64,000 nucleotides of DNA from Felis catus (GCF_018350175.1 NC_058368.1:180732001-180796000), one strand, 5' to 3'. Counted from the first letter of the stretch, positions 40,146 to 55,150 are shown. Program-made: numbers and translations. The notes: a model not told the origin generated them from the letters alone.

Positions 40146-43100
40146 AGCTTGTCATAATTTTATATTACAGTCCTGCTTATGAATTTTAAGTACCTTCTTA
40201 TAGCCAAACTAACCAAGTTAAATATTCTGCTAGCCTTCTAGGCCATCTATCACCTGGTTCTGCTCTATCTCACCTCCTATTTTCCACCGCTCTTCACTGG
40301 GCACCCTTCTCCTCACTGGCTGAGCTCCTCATCTCCCCTGCCCCATGCCTTATTAATTCTGGCCTCTCCCCTTACTTGCTGCCTGCAGTGCTTCTCAACT
40401 CATTCCTACTTCAATTCATCTCCATCCTCCCAGGGCTAAGTCAGCATGGAAATGTGTTCACTGGGTCATCCTCAACTCCTCCAGTCTCTGAACTTTGATA
40501 GCCTAAATCCTAAATTGCAACTTAGCATCTGTATACTTTTTCTTTTGAATGAATGCACAGATAGCACAAATACTGATACCAATATCTACTTTAAATGTCA
40601 CATAGAAAGTCTATGAAAAAGGTATCATCATCATTATAACTGTTATTTATTAACCATTTCTTACAGTTAAGAAAAACGAGGCTCAATACATTACATTTTC
40701 TTTCCCCAAAGTACGCAGTTGGTAAGGGTTGAGATGGCAACCTAGCCAAACTAAATCCAGAACTTTATTCAGGGGACTATTCAAATGCCCAGCTGGCCAC
40801 TAAAGTGAGGAACCATTATAGATACAAATCAGGTTTCCTGATCCAGGTGAACAATGATGTCAGAAGTATGAAGTTTCAACGAGTCGTTATTTGAACCAAG
40901 AGGGCACAAAGGCCAGGAATTTTGTGTTGATAACATGTGTAAAAGAAAACCTATCTCAAATTGAAATCAACTCTCTTTATCATGAGTGCCTTTCTATGGC
41001 CAAGTGCCCAGACCTTTCTCAAGTTCCTTTTGAAACTCATCTTCCAGGACCCCATAGTTTCCTTGGCCACTAAGAGGGTGGACTCAATTCAGTTTCTTGA
41101 CACTGACCCAAATCTCAGTCCTGAAAAGAAGGGAGGCCCAGAGTATGCATGTGCTGACTTTGAGTTCCTGTATTAGGAAAGCCTCAAATGAATCGCTGAG
41201 TTTGCTTGAAATTACAATAAAACTTTGTATGATCTTCAAAGAGAAGCATGCTTGCGTGTGTTGACGAGCTTACGTGGGTCAAAACAAGACAGCAACCACC
41301 ACCACCCCAAAAACCATGCCTACTTCTCCATCCTTGGCTTCCCTGCAGATTTTAGCAGGCACCCAGGTGGAACCTGACTCAAATTGCAGCTCATTAGCAC
41401 AGAGGAATAGAAGTTTAAGGGAAAGTGTGTAGTAAACAATGCTAATCCTGACTTAAGCAGGAGATAGCGACCTTTCTCCCTTGCCTAAAACAAATCGCTG
41501 TTTCAGGCTGTGCGGGCCTGCTTTACCATTACCTGTTAATATGTCTGCAGGCAGAAGATGCAGCTGTGGCCCCTCGAACAGGCTCCACAGTCAGGCTGAA
41601 CATAATCCCTCATGTAATGAAAAACCTATTTCTATTTCTGAGGCCTCACTACTCTTCATACTGAAGAGCCTTGTGCCTGTCACACATTTATTGAAGCCTA
41701 TTACTCATCTAGGCAGCGGGGCCCAGTTAGTATTTGGAATTATATTTTAAATCACAATTTTTCTATTATTTATTTTAGGATTCCAAGGCTCCAGTGAAAG
41801 CATGTCAGTGTTCCTCTTGATGCGCTTTCAAAGGCATTAAAGCCCCAAATCAAAATTCTTTTCTACGCAGAGAACCTTTCTGCATGTGTGGCAAAACTTC
41901 CGTCAAGATACCACAGTCTCCAGTCACCCCTTGTGTGCTAGAACCTCAGGATGCTACCGTGATCACATGTGCAGGGGTAGAGATTTTAAGTCTCTCTCCA
42001 TTCAGCATCAGAGTAATCTTTCCTGGGCCACCAGCTTTACTCCCTCCTCTCACATCAGGCTCTTTTCTTTGGCTTTCGAAGATAAATGGGTAGAGTCTCT
42101 TAGGATGCTGGGGACAGGGCTGTGAAGAGATCAGCTAAAACTGTAGCCTCATCATCCAATAGAAAAATAAGAACTGGCTTAATCTAAGTCAGAGGATTTT
42201 CTGAGCTGACCACGAAGCCTGAACTTCCGTTTATTCACTAGGTCAATGGTGACCATGCGGTTCCTTCCTGTTCTATAGAAGCCAGTGGAAACTGTAATTT
42301 TCTCTAGCTATTCATCTGGCCGCCTTCTCCCTTTATATCCCCAGGAAAAAAATACACACACCATATATACCACGGTGACGCAAAGGGATGCCTTCCTGGA
42401 TTTTCTGTCCCTTGTGCACACTTGCTTCTTCTCGTAATATGTGTTTTCCCCTTGGCATACACAAATCTTCTTGACATTAGCCCCTACACTCTACTTGGCC
42501 TATCTATATGAATGAAAATCAGCCAAAATTTGATAGCATGTGCACAATGTCAAGAATCCTTTCAATTTTTTTTTCTTTTTTGCAATTCACACTTCGTTCA
42601 TTTTCAGGTCTGGAGTCCTTCTCTACATTTCCACTGGCAGAGATTTCAGACCAGCCCCTTGAAGGAAACCCTGTTGTATACGCAACCTGGTTGTTGGGTT
42701 TTGAAGGGTGTGGTGACAAGCCAAGAGCCAATTCAATCCACTCTGAGTATCTTCTCAAGGAGCCAGGTTTTGGGGTTTTTTTTGTTGTTTTGTTTCATGC
42801 TACTGTCAGAGACACAGGCACAGTAAAGTTTTTGGCCAGGGGTGAGGCAGCAGTAGTGTTGTGATGAAGAAAGAATTACAAAGGGTGTGGCAAATTAGCA
42901 AAAGTACTCAGACATGCAATTATGAGAAGAGTTCAGACTCGGCTTTCATGTGATCTCTATTTTTTTTCTTCATGTTTTGACAGCATTCTCCCTGGGTGGG
43001 GTACACAAGCGCTTGTTTAATAAACTCCTTAGTCATGCAAACGTGAGAGACAATTCTTTTTCTTCCTTCAGGACAAATTTAGTCACAGATATTTCAGTCG

Positions 43101-44968
43101 GGTCCACTCTCCAATTTGCTTCTGACATTAAAACAAGCCATTGGTATTTCACTACAATACAGATAGCACTGCTGGGTCAGCTAACCTTTCCAAAGGCTTA
43201 ATTCCTGTCAGTTTTGAAGAGAAGAATAAAATACCATGCAATCAGCATCCACCTCCCTACAAAAGAAATAGAGATATTTTCTCCCAGACAGGGCCAAGAC
43301 CATGAGCCCTTGGGTAGCCCTTTTGCCCTGACCACCCCCATCTAAAGAGTCAAGCTGCAGAGGTGGGGATAGGGTAGACAAGAGGTGGGATAAAGTTGCA
43401 GTCGGCATACCAGCACATTTTTTAAAAGTCTAAAATTAAGTGAACTGTAATGTATGTATATTAATTTTAATAAATCTGGACTTGCTCCAAGGATACTTAA
43501 AGGTAGAACGTAGAGAATAGGGGACAGGAGGGGAAGGAGCAGTGACATCCACATCTCTGTGAATGCAAACAAACGCTGTGAAATATGAAACCACTGGAAG
43601 CAGGATCCAAAGCTGGTTTCCTTCAAGTCAGATTAAATGTAGCTGTCAAAACATTTCATTAAGATGTGCACATATTGAAAACTTTTTCTGACCAGAACTT
43701 TTGGGGCAGGATCTGTGGGAGGAGTGGTGTGGGGGGCCACACTCATACACATGCCGAATGGAGAGGGACTGACTTTCTTTCCCTTCTCTTTCCCAGCCTC
43801 CCGACCCCCACCCCCCACCAATCCAGATTTGGCTGAGTAATGAGTTGCTACCAGCCTGAACATACCTGTGTCCTATCCTAGACCAAGATATGCCCATGTA
43901 GGAATTTGGAAACCTTCCTAAATGTTACAAGTTCATAAATTCATTGAATTTGACTAGGAGCTAAAAGTGTAGTGTCAGCTCAGATATTCCTGCTGGACCT
44001 TCCTTTACACCATGAAAATAGGCAAAATAAGTCAGGGAAAGGATCTAGTATAAAATAATTCTCCATCATGTCCATTCCCGATCAAGACTGAAGAGAAGAT
44101 TTTTGAGAATGCCCTCACCTGATTAAAAAACAAATATGCTTGCTTGCTGGCTTCAAGGGTCATTCTATAGACAACACATCTGAAGACAAAGGTGATTTTT
44201 CTAAGCCTAACTTTCAGCGCTCCCCTGGGAGCCAACAGCCACACTCTTTCCATCTCTTACATCATTTGTAGTAGCAAAGACTGTAGTGGAATTACATGGG
44301 TATCAATTAGACACAACACAAGATAAACTAACCTTAGTGAGAAATGATTTTGTAGGGGGTGTTTTTACTGCCCCCTCTTCATACAACGTATTTGAAAAAT
44401 AGATTGATGTTCAACATTAGACACATGACTCTCATCTATTAGGCAAGAGCCTGCCGTGTCTATAAATTCAATTTCCTTTATCATGGTGGCTTTCTGGTTT
44501 ATTTGGATAAATGTTGAGCTGTCCACTGTTATTTATCTAAGTAGTTCATGAGGGAACAGAAAGTTTAATGATGTGAGATGAGGGGGTGAAACAGCACCTC
44601 CAAGCAATTCTCAAGGATTGCTTTTCATCTCATTACCTTGGTTGGACTTATTGGTTCAAGAAATCATGCAGAAGATTACATGTCATTTGATGTGCTGGGT
44701 GTCACCTTTCCCCCATCCTTGTCTTCTAATTGTTCCATGTTTTATCTTGCTTAGCATATGGTATCTCACAGCCTGCAATGCTTGTTAGTGTTTCTAATCA
44801 CTGTGTTCATAGCTTCTAGTGTCTTTTCCTTACTTCTTGTCTTAACTTCATCCCACCCTTTTTTGGTATTTTTACCTTTCTTTGGATTTTTACCCTTCAC
44901 TGCTATGGTCCTGAGAAATGTAAGCTAATCACAGGCCAGCTTCTTTTTTTGAGAAGCTTTATGGTTTT

Positions 44969-45193
44969 TTTTTTTAATTTTTTTTTCAACGTTTATTTAT
45001 TTATTTTTGGGACAGAGAGAGACAGAGCATGAATGGGGGAGGGGCAGAGAGAGAGGGAGACACAGAATCGGAAACAGGCTCCAGGCTCTGAGCCATCAGC
45101 CCAGAGCCTGATGCGGGGCTCGAAATCCCGGACCGCGAGATCGTGACCTGGCTGAAGTCGGACGCTTAACCGACTGCGCCACCCAGGCGCCCC
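44969..45193 (-). mobile_element. Young SINEC_Fc-type Can-SINE
   Basis: CpG-retaining head cgactgcgccacccaggcgcccc. Perfect TSD gagaagctttatggtttt (44951-44968 / 45196-45213). Confidence 0.96.
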
Positions 45194-45507
45194 AAGAGAA
45201 GCTTTATGGTTTTCAAAGTAAATTTAAGAGGAGACAATGCCTTCATTGGACAAAAACAGACTGAACAAAAATGGGCACAAGTCTCTACAATTTCTTACTG
45301 TGTAATGGTTAGACCACTTCACATTTCTAAGGAGAAAGAAGGATGGCTGACCATTTGTCATAATGATAAGTTAATAAAAACCTTTTCAGTATAAAAGCTT
45401 CTATTGCCTGATGGATCTGGGAAAAATGAAGCTCAAATGTCTTAACATCATGGCGCACATCATTTATGCAAACCATAACTTGTCCAGGCTTTCTTAGCTT
45501 TCCTATT

Positions 45508-45536
45508 AAAAAAATTTTTTTTAAATCTTCATTTTT

Positions 45537-45582
<46 letters not shown>

Positions 45583-45756
45583 CAAGAGTGCGAGCAGGGG
45601 AGGAACAGAGAGAAAGGGAGACACAGAATCCGAAGGAAGCTCCAGGCTCTGAGCTGTCAGCACAGAGCCTGGCGATGGGGCTTGAACTCACGAACCATGA
45701 GATCACGACCTGAGCCAAAGCTGGACACTCAACTGACTGAGCCACCCAGGTGTCCC
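45508..45756 (-). mobile_element. Can-SINE with (GA)n(GACA)n expansion
   Basis: Reverse head gagccacccaggtgtccc. TSD agctttcctatt (45496-45507 / 45759-45770). Confidence 0.93.
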
Positions 45757-46102
45757 TCAGCTTTCCTATTGCGTGTACTATTTTATGGGGTTGCTTATCA
45801 GACTCTAGGTCTAGGGAAATTTTTCAAGTAAAAATGTCCTAGATTCAGAGGCTGGTCAGCAGATCCCAGCAAACAATGTGAACAGCCAATCCTTTGCCTA
45901 AACAAAATTTTTGGTGCAATGGAAAAACATGAACTTAATATAATAAATTTAATACATTTTAAATTAATAAAAATAATACATAAAACTCATATACAAAGTG
46001 GCGAGATTTTTCATGGGAAAAAGGTCTTTAACCTACAATTCTCTCAAGAGAAGAGACACCTTTCTCAAGGAAGTATACAAATGTTATTAAAAGAAGGTTT
46101 AA

Positions 46103-46254
46103 GGGGAGTCTAGGTGGCTCAGTCAGTTAAGTGCCCAACTAAGTGACTACAGCTCAGGTCATGATATCACAAATCGTGGGATTCTCTCTCTGTGCCCCTC
46201 CATGCTTGCACTTTCTCTGTCTCTCTCAAAATAAAAAAAAAAAAAAAGAAACTT
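46103..46254 (+). mobile_element. Internally deleted Can-SINE
   Basis: Head ggggagtctaggtggctcagtcagttaag joined directly to the CT tail and A-tail. Degenerate TSD aaagaaggtttaag / aaagggaagtttaag. Confidence 0.85.
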
Positions 46255-47993
46255 AAAGGGAAGTTTAAGCACATGAACTCTAATTCAGCGAATGCCCTAG
46301 AAGTCTATATTTGTAAACTTTGGGCATAAGGTAGCCTTAAAACCAGTTTCAACAATGCTTCTAATTCAAAGGCATACCGAACTTCTTTGAAAGATGTCGT
46401 CTTGTTTAGCATGGCCCAAAGAACAGAATGCACTTGATAGACTGCCACTTACCTTTCCCTTTGGAATATAAGCAAGTCTAATCTAAACTTCATTAACGTG
46501 CCTCTAAAACACTCATGGTGTAATAGAAGTAAGCCTACGGATAGGATTGCATCATGACGGCAAAGGCAAAAGCAAGGCAATATACCTTTCTTTTATAAAG
46601 ATCAGAGTCCCTAGGGGAGGGCCAAACGTGTGTGTACACATCTTTCCACATGACCTAACTCCACTGAAAACCCGTCCCAAGGGAAGGGCCTTCCCTAATA
46701 GCTGTGAACACAAGTCATGACGAAAGAAAGGCAAAGATTGGAGGCAAAGCTGATCCTCCCTTCTCTGAAGCTTTGGTTTATTAGGGAAAAAAGCCTTTGA
46801 AAGATGATACTTATTATGTATCATATAAATCTTTCTTTCCAAGAAAGGAGGACAATATTCTCTTCAGCAAAACTCTTTTCTTATCAACACATAGTTTAGG
46901 ACTGCTATATTTCCTGAGACATTCTGATATTTACATATTTAAGGCTAGAAGTTGATAATAAAAAAATGAAATTAGTGGAACATGCAATGCATTATCCTCT
47001 CTTTTATGGTAATATTAAATATGCTAATGTAGTTGATGGACCATTTGCTCTCCTAACACAGAGGATCTTAATACGAGACATCAATTTAATAAATGATTTA
47101 TTTGATGAGTAAAGGGCTCAGACAACAATTCTGCATGTCTATTCTTAACAACCAAAATGTGGATTTTCTAGAAAGGAATTTTCAGTGAAGGACACAGGAA
47201 GTATGATTTAAGGTGACCTTAAGAAAACTATGAATGTTCTAAAAGTTCGCTCTGGGGTCAAATTTCTGTCATATGAGGCTGCACAGCTAAGCCGGGCATT
47301 TCAGCACAAAACATTCTGTATGGCTTGTGTACACAGACCTAATTCACCATATAATATTCCTCTTCTCTATTTGGTGCCTTGTAGCAATTGCTTCATTTCT
47401 TAGCACATCCTCATTTACAGAGAAGCAGCCAACAGACTTTCAGATTTATGCCATTATTTGCTTTTTCACCTTGAACTCCAACTAAATTCTGCCACACTTT
47501 TGTAAAATGAGTGCCAAATGGTGGCTGCATGCCAGACACAAACACTTCCCAGTTTCACTCATCCAGCTCTCTTGATTTCAGGGAATCACAGATTCCGGCT
47601 AGAGGGCTTAAATGTGGTGCTTACACAACCCCCCTAACTGTTCCTTTGCCTAAATGCTTTATAACTTGGAAATGCTTGGGAACAGAGGCAATTACAACTT
47701 CAGGGAACCAGAAACTTCCCTTTACATGGGAGAACAAGTAAAACCAGGGATCAGGGATTTCGGGCACTTGATAACGCTGTCCATTAATGGTCCAACTTAG
47801 CCCTAACTCTAATCAGCATTTATTAATTAAATAAATATTTATTTATGCTTACAAGGTGTTAGGCATTGTTGGGGATACAGTGATCCAAGAGCCTGGTTTT
47901 ATGCTTTTCAATGGACCTCGTCTAGGAGTGTGGGAGCCAATACGATAATCGTAATAACTGTTTAGTTGAGCTTCTACTGTGTGTCAGGTGCCA

Positions 47994-48305
47994 CCACATT
48001 TCACTGATTCTAAAACTCAGATGTGTTCACATTTTCCTATCTCTGAAACCAGAATGCATTTTACAACTGGTGTTTTCTTACGGTCATGGCTGGCCAAGCA
48101 GACAATGGTTTGCTGGTCTGACTATAGACCTATCTATTCATAGGGTTGTATGTCATTCCAGGTGGTCTGTGCCTACCTCTTTCCAAAACTACATAATAAA
48201 AAATTATAAATGCTAAGTACTTGTCACAGTACTTAGGGGATACATACAAAAACGACATTGCTCATACCTGATGACATTGCATTTGAAGAAAAGTTGAATA
48301 CATAT
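47994..48305 (+). mobile_element. MER104/Kanga-like (TcMar-Tc2) relic, apparently interrupting a MIR
   Basis: ccacatttcactgattctaaaactcagatgtgttcacattttcctatctctgaaaccagaatgcattttacaa resembles the MER104/Kanga terminus. The right boundary is uncertain. Confidence 0.5.
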
Positions 48306-50939
48306 GTAATATTAGTGAACACTTGAAGTATCTTTACAAGGCAGGAATTATCCCACTGTTTTGGATAAGGAAACTATAGTATAGGGAGATTAAGCGGCAA
48401 GCCCAAGTCACAAAGCTTTTAAGTATACACATCAGAATTTGAACCCAGGCTTCCCTGAGACCAAAGCTCATTCATGTGATTTCCATCACATCAAGGTAGT
48501 ACTTTTCTAATTAACATGGCAAGAACGCCTGCAATTGTGTTACAGGTAAAACGTAGAACGAAACAATACTTATTTACAGTACAACAGAAGCTATATCCAG
48601 AATTCTAAATTATGAAACATGTAAATATAAACAAGCACATGCAAAGCTTAGGAAATGAAGAATTTAAAAGCTTCCTGTGGATGGTGAAGGGTCTGTGGGC
48701 TTGATGACCACCCTAAGTGATGCAGTCAAATAAACAGAGCATGTGGGAGAGACACACAAAATGTCATAGCTTCGCATCCCATTACTGCTTCTGAACTGAT
48801 TGCTGACTGCCAGAGATATAATGGTCACAGAGAAATTTCAGGACAAAGGCCTGAATGGTGAGTTGACAGAAAGACAGTTGGTGAACACTGCATTCTCATT
48901 CACCCAACACATGCTCTGTGGAGCCACAAGGTCTTAGGCCAGCAGATCATACTGATAACACTGTCTACTTGTCATGGTCCTTGAGGGGCACAGGGTGGTA
49001 GCACTACTCACTCTTCCCTGGTTTTGCATTAAGAGGGTCTACAAAATAAAGACCAAAAGTTGCTTCCTCTTCCTTATCCATGGAGCTTGCCTGTCAGGGT
49101 GGGAAAGCCCTGTATTAGCTGGCTACCTTGATTTCTGACAGGTAGCTTGTGGAGGAAAGACAAGGCACCTCACCTCAGTAAAGGAACTTTTCTGAATGTC
49201 ACACATGAGATATGCATGTTGCCACATGGCTGCTAGGTGATGGAGACCAGAGACCTAGCTAATGACTTAATTTGCTTTCCATAAATTGACACATCCTCTG
49301 AAATTAAGAGTACAATTATGAAATGGCAGCCCCCACTGCCAGAGACTCACCAGTGTGTAAGCAGGGACAGGACTTTATTATCTGGTTAAGAGCACATTAG
49401 CATATCTATTAGATAAAAAGTCTGTTACTAACATCAGAACTGATAACATAACTGGGTCCCCTGACTTATTTGTGGGAAGTTTTTTTTCCTTCTCTGTGGG
49501 ACTAAATACAAGCTTTGACCATCTGGGGCTGGGGAGGTGGGTGGAAATGTTACTTGCAGGATTGTTCAGATTTAATCACTACCATTTTGCCCTTTTTATA
49601 ATGGGAGGTAAATACGCAATTTGGAATTCATACAGAGGTCAAGGATTAGCATCTCTCTGGATCATCAAAGAACAGTGAGTCTGAATGAGAGGGCCAACAT
49701 TTTTCCTAGGCTGTATCCTCACAAAGGATGCCAGGTAAGTGTACGCTTCTCATCATTTTCTGTCATTTTCTTTCTGTTTTCCCCAAATCTGCTCTGTTCA
49801 GTGAGATGGGAATACACAAAATAGCAGCTCTGAACACAGGATTCATCAGTCTGAGTCTCAACATATCAATTTTCAAGTGTAGCAACTTTAAACACATTGT
49901 AGGCTTTTAGTTTCCATAGAAAATAATCTCTCATTGTTTTCAAAAGAAACTGAAAGCCCCCCAAATTACCACACTTTTAACATCCTGACATGTTGATGGC
50001 CCGCGTTCTTCCCAGATCAAAGTGAGAGTGGCAGAAGACAGAGCGTTGAGCAGCTTACTTAAAACATAGTATTTCATATTTGGCAGGAATTACTGTAGTG
50101 AAAAAAGACAAGGTGACTTTCTAATATATAGATGTATTTTGGTTTGGCAGAGATCTGAAGAGCTAAAAACTAATTTAGGATGACATAAATGCTCTTATCT
50201 TTCTTACCCCCTTCCCTTCCCAACCACAAGAAGAGTTTTTGACAGAAACTCAGCATATATTGCGTATTGTCTTTAACTTGGGGATGACAGTCTGAGTCCT
50301 GTGTCATGGTGAACTGTTGTGTTGACTCTCATCTTAGAATTTCTAGGATTATCTTGATTTAAGCAGTAAAGTCATATATCACAAGCACCTTTCTTCCTTG
50401 ATGTGGGTAGCCTGTAAGAACTTCAATGCCTTTTAAGGAAACGGGATCTATTTGACCTTAACCTAGGAGAAGAAAGCAATGATGTCATTCAGGGACTCTG
50501 CATTGTTACAACCTGTTGGAAAACCTTAACAAAGAAAGGGTCTTTGTCACCTTGAAAAACAGGCCATGATTTTGCAGAGGAACCTAGGGTAAATGAAGGT
50601 TGAAGACAAGTGTGTATGTGGCAAAGTTTTTAGGTCATTACACTCTACCCATGGGTTGAAATACTATCTCAAGCCAACCATTAGGATGGAAACTTTTACC
50701 CTTTGCAAAGTTTTAAAGAGAAAAGTGGCTTGCTTTTTCTACCTTTTGGTTTGGATCAGGAAGTCAGATCTAATTATTCATTACGAAGTGCGATGGCAGC
50801 ATCAGAAAAAATTACCCACTGCACTTATAGTGGATGAGTAGTTGGACAATCGGCCAGTTGGAAAGCAAATGTTTTCTTTCTGTAAAAATGGAAACACTCC
50901 GAAAAGGTATTTTTAGGAAAAGAAGAGTAATGTAATCAA

Positions 50940-51289
50940 AGAGGGGCTGGCAAACCATGGCCTGGGGGCCAAATCCAGTCTGCCACCTGTTTGTTTGTAT
51001 GTTTTTAACAACAGCACATGAGCTAAGGACTAGTTTTACATTTTAAATAGCCTTAAAAATATAAAAAGAATAATACTTCATGACACATGGAAAGTACATG
51101 AAATGCAAATTTCCGTGTCCATAAGTAAAGTCTCCTGGAACACAGCCCTGCCCGTTTGCTTACACACGTGTACGGCTGCTTCTGCCATACAACAGCAGAG
51201 TAGAGCAACTGTGACACAGACTTCACGACCCACAAAACCAAAAAAGATCTGCTATCTGGCTCTTGACAGAAAATATCTGCTGACCGCTA
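50940..51289 (+). mobile_element. MER58B-like hAT-Charlie element
   Basis: ggctggcaaaccatggcctgggggccaaatccagtctgccacctgttt...gtgtccataagtaaagt...ggaacacagcc...tatctggctcttgacagaaaa. Confidence 0.85.
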
Positions 51290-54200
51290 TAATAGAAGAG
51301 GTTTGTGAAAACAGACACAAAAAGACAGGTTAAAAGATGGAGGAAGAGATATAGTTTCTCTCCACTTCAGAAATCATCAGAAGATGGCTTGGGAAGGAAA
51401 GAGCTGAATTATTCTCCCTTATTAATGAAGGCAAAATCAGATACAGGGAGTTGATGCTACAAAAGGGATGATTTAGGTCTTATTTGATATTTGGAAATCA
51501 TTAGGGGACTAATCAGGAGACTAAGGACCTAGTCTTTTACCCTTATAACTAACCAGCCATGTGATGGCAGGCTCTCTGGGCCTCAGCATCAACTCTTGTG
51601 AAATGATTGTAATCTGCCAATTTTATTTTCTGCTAGAGTGGATGTTGGGGCTGTGGGTATGGTTCAAATGTAATAATTATGGAAAAAATGATTTAAATGT
51701 AAAGGCTTGCAGTTCTGAGCAAATAGAAGTTTCCAATCAGTTATTGTTATATATACTATGAGGATAAAAACAGTACAGTTGACATAAAACAGGTGAGAAA
51801 CTCTACATTAGTTACATGATCCAGAAACTTAGGGATCTCGAGGGATTTCTGGTGTTGGGGGCAATGAAAGCACTTGACATGCCTGAGGATAGAAGACAAC
51901 TTCCTGAGAGGGAAGCTCTTCTGTATTTCATAGCCACTACTCCCTAGGAACCACATGGGCTAGGGCCTGAGTGATGCACAAAATGGTCCCCTTGTGGTTC
52001 ATGCAGCTTCTCAAAGTAATTTATTCCAGGATATTATGTACACTGGGAGAATCTGGCATAGGAAGAATCTTATGGAAAGTACATCATAAAAGATTGTTGG
52101 CTCCAGTTGTGTCAGTAGGAAAGGGGGAATCTATCCTGAGTTGGTAAAGGCCCACACTTCCAATATGCACAAGAGTTGACCTTATTCTGCTTTCACACTC
52201 ACCCTCATACTGGATGTAAAGAAGAACTTGTCATGGGGCTGAGCTATTCCAGATTGCTCATTTTTGGAGTCTTCTCTCCACAGGTTTGAACATGAAAGGA
52301 AGATAATTTGATCTATTTGTCACAGCTCCTGGCAGGCCTGAACCCAGTGCCTGTCCATAAATATCTTGGGGCTGATGCTTAATTTCAGGACTTATAATGT
52401 TCTAGTGGAACATGGGGTCATGTATGAACTAGAATGGGCTCAGGTCTTAAAAACTCTGGTCTCCCCTAACAGGAAGGCTTTGATTTTTACGTTGCCCTTC
52501 TGTCCTTCCCTGATGGCTTGTTTTCTTGGTGGGCACAATCACTTGTTGCTCCCAACAGCACTTTTCTCTGTGTTTGTAATGTACTGTTTATGCCCCTGCA
52601 GCTCTGTAATTAATAATATACTGCTTTTCATCTTCAAAGTGATTTATACACATTAATTAATCCTCACCATACTTTGGAGTTTCTGCATGTAAATATCCAT
52701 CATGCTTCCAGAATTTACTTGGGAAACCAAGACTCAGAAGGAAAACAACTTTGTCAAGGCAAAGGAGAAATGAATCACTAGGTCAAGATCAGCACTCAAA
52801 ACCTTGACCCCTTCATGGTGCTTGCAGATCTGCTGTCACCTCTGGGAGAGTAGCCCTATGGCTCCACACTCACCAGCATTACTGCTGGGAAAACTGGCCC
52901 CTTCCATCATTTATTTTTGAGTCATAATGTATTCTTTAATACTCCAGGGTTAAAGCATAATCTTACCTAAAGCATACATAATAGAAAATGATGGATTATA
53001 ATCTAATAAACTATCCTAAGATGCTCAGGTCCAGCTTCTAGTAGCCTCCAGACTGAGGATAAATATGTTTCCTAATCCATCATTTACAAGATACACACCC
53101 AATTAAAACATTAAACTCTCACTATATGGTTTCCCATTTATGTAATCGCCCTACAGAAAGCTATTATATTTTAACCATCAAGCTCAATACATCAGGCGAT
53201 AGCCATCTATCTCTCTCTGGCAAGTGGAGTAGGAGGTACACTGGGGATGGTATTGGCAGAGGTGAGCAGTGCCTCAATTTCTGTATCTGGGTTCCCCATG
53301 GTGCCCACAGGCTCAGCAGAACATTAAGCCTAAGAAGTGAGCTCATGGACCCTCTTTGCAGTTCCTGACACAAAGCCAAATCATGCAAAGACCCTGAAGG
53401 CAATTCAATTTGTTTCTATCAAGCCTCCCTGAACAGTTAGCTGGGGAAGTACACAAAACTACTTCTAACAACACAAAAGATTCTACTCAAGTGATTGAGA
53501 GTGCAACAGATGCCTTTTCCCTTCCCTTGTCAATCCATGACTCCATCCTTCATCGAGAGCAAGTGAGAAGCAGGCATGACTTTAAATTAGGAGTATATGG
53601 GTGTCAGACCTCAGTCCCCATGTGGAGCTGGGGTTTACAGCATCGAGGATTCTGCAAAGTTCCAGATAAACATGGTGCCTTTCCCCAGAGTGTCAATTTT
53701 CTCAGTTTTGGAGGTCATTCCCAGGAGACACAACAGGAAAAGAATGTAAAAACTTATATTTCTACATTAAGGTGAGCATAGCAATATTATGGGAGAGAGT
53801 GAAAACTTCACATCAATTTTTGGCTTGTAATGGCGTTGGGCAGAGCCCCAGATCACTGGGGGCTGTGTAATCAACCTCCTTTACCATCAGGTAAGCTTGG
53901 GTAGAATGGTCTGGGAAGTCCTGGACCAATTCCTTCTCTGGCAGGCACCAAGCTGGCTGCCTGATGATGAAGGAAGTGTTCACTGCTGAAGGACAAGGGA
54001 CAAAGTCAGAATAATCAGGGTTGCTTTTTTACCCCCCTCTCTTAAGTGAGAGGAGTTTCAGCCTAAGTGTTGAGAAGAATTTTGGAGTCAGCCTCTTTCT
54101 GCTGGTGTTTTATAGGTTTGTTTTGCAACATGGCAGAGCCCCAAATTGGGGAGGCCTGTCATGGCTGCCCTGAAACTAAGCCAGAGCCATCAAGTGTTTC

Positions 54201-55150
54201 AAATAAACTTTATCAAACATCACGGGGCCTCTGCCTGGGCCAGGAGATCTGCATTGGCAAGCTCAGTTGACAGAGCAGCAGCACCAGGGCTCTTTGCTGA
54301 GGCCAGGAGCTGTGAGCAAGCTTTGTGTCCAGACCAGGGTGCTCATATGCACATGGCACTCTGCCCCTCAGCTCTTGGCACCTGCTGCTTCCTGCAGTTA
54401 CAGGGCTACACCCCATGGATGCAAACCAATACGCCTGGCATAGGAAGAAAAATACCACTGCAACTTCACCAACCTGCTACCCTAAGTTATATCCTGAGTT
54501 CCCAGAAGCAAGGTTGGCATGTGAGACGAACCTCACTCATGAATGTGGTGCAATTCAGGTTGAGACTAAAAGGACACAAGCAAAGGAAAGGATGTGGGCA
54601 ACATCCACTGTGCCTAGGTGACTTGATTCCATACAAAGACCTGGTTGGATGCTCTGACCTCTCAATCCTGTTTCTGTTCCACACCTCTGAAAATAAGCTA
54701 GCAATTTAACTTTCCTTTGCATCAAGATGTTCCCAGACATGCTGGTTACTATTATTCGATTCAGTTTTTGGCTGAAATTAACCCATGTTGCATGAATTTT
54801 AGAGCACAGACCTGGGTTAAAATCCAGTGATGGAAGACACTAGAAGATGACTTCAGGAAAGAGGGATGGGTTCACAGGAACAACAATTTTCAGCTCATGT
54901 CCAAGAAAGAATACAGCAGGCATGCTTAATTCATCTGATAAATGTTAATTAGAGTCTTGAGAAAGAAACTCATCAGATTTAAATACATTTCAGGAGAGAA
55001 AAAGCACTCCCATCCCTCATTCATTTTTACGTCTTTCAGGAGCCAATAAGCAAACTGTACAGACAACAGAGGGCTTCTCCATTCATAAGCCCACAGTCTC
55101 TGCCCCACCTCCTCATGGCCAGGGTCATGGAGCAGGCTGCCTTGACTTAC

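Noticed and set aside
54146..54709. 187-aa + strand ORF
   Set aside because: Non-ATG start, no recognisable homology, no supporting exon structure.
55125..55150. Read-through tail GKSRQPAP* in the ORF track
   Set aside because: Lies beyond a strong G|GTAAGT donor, and I saw no nearby poly(A) signal on the gene strand.
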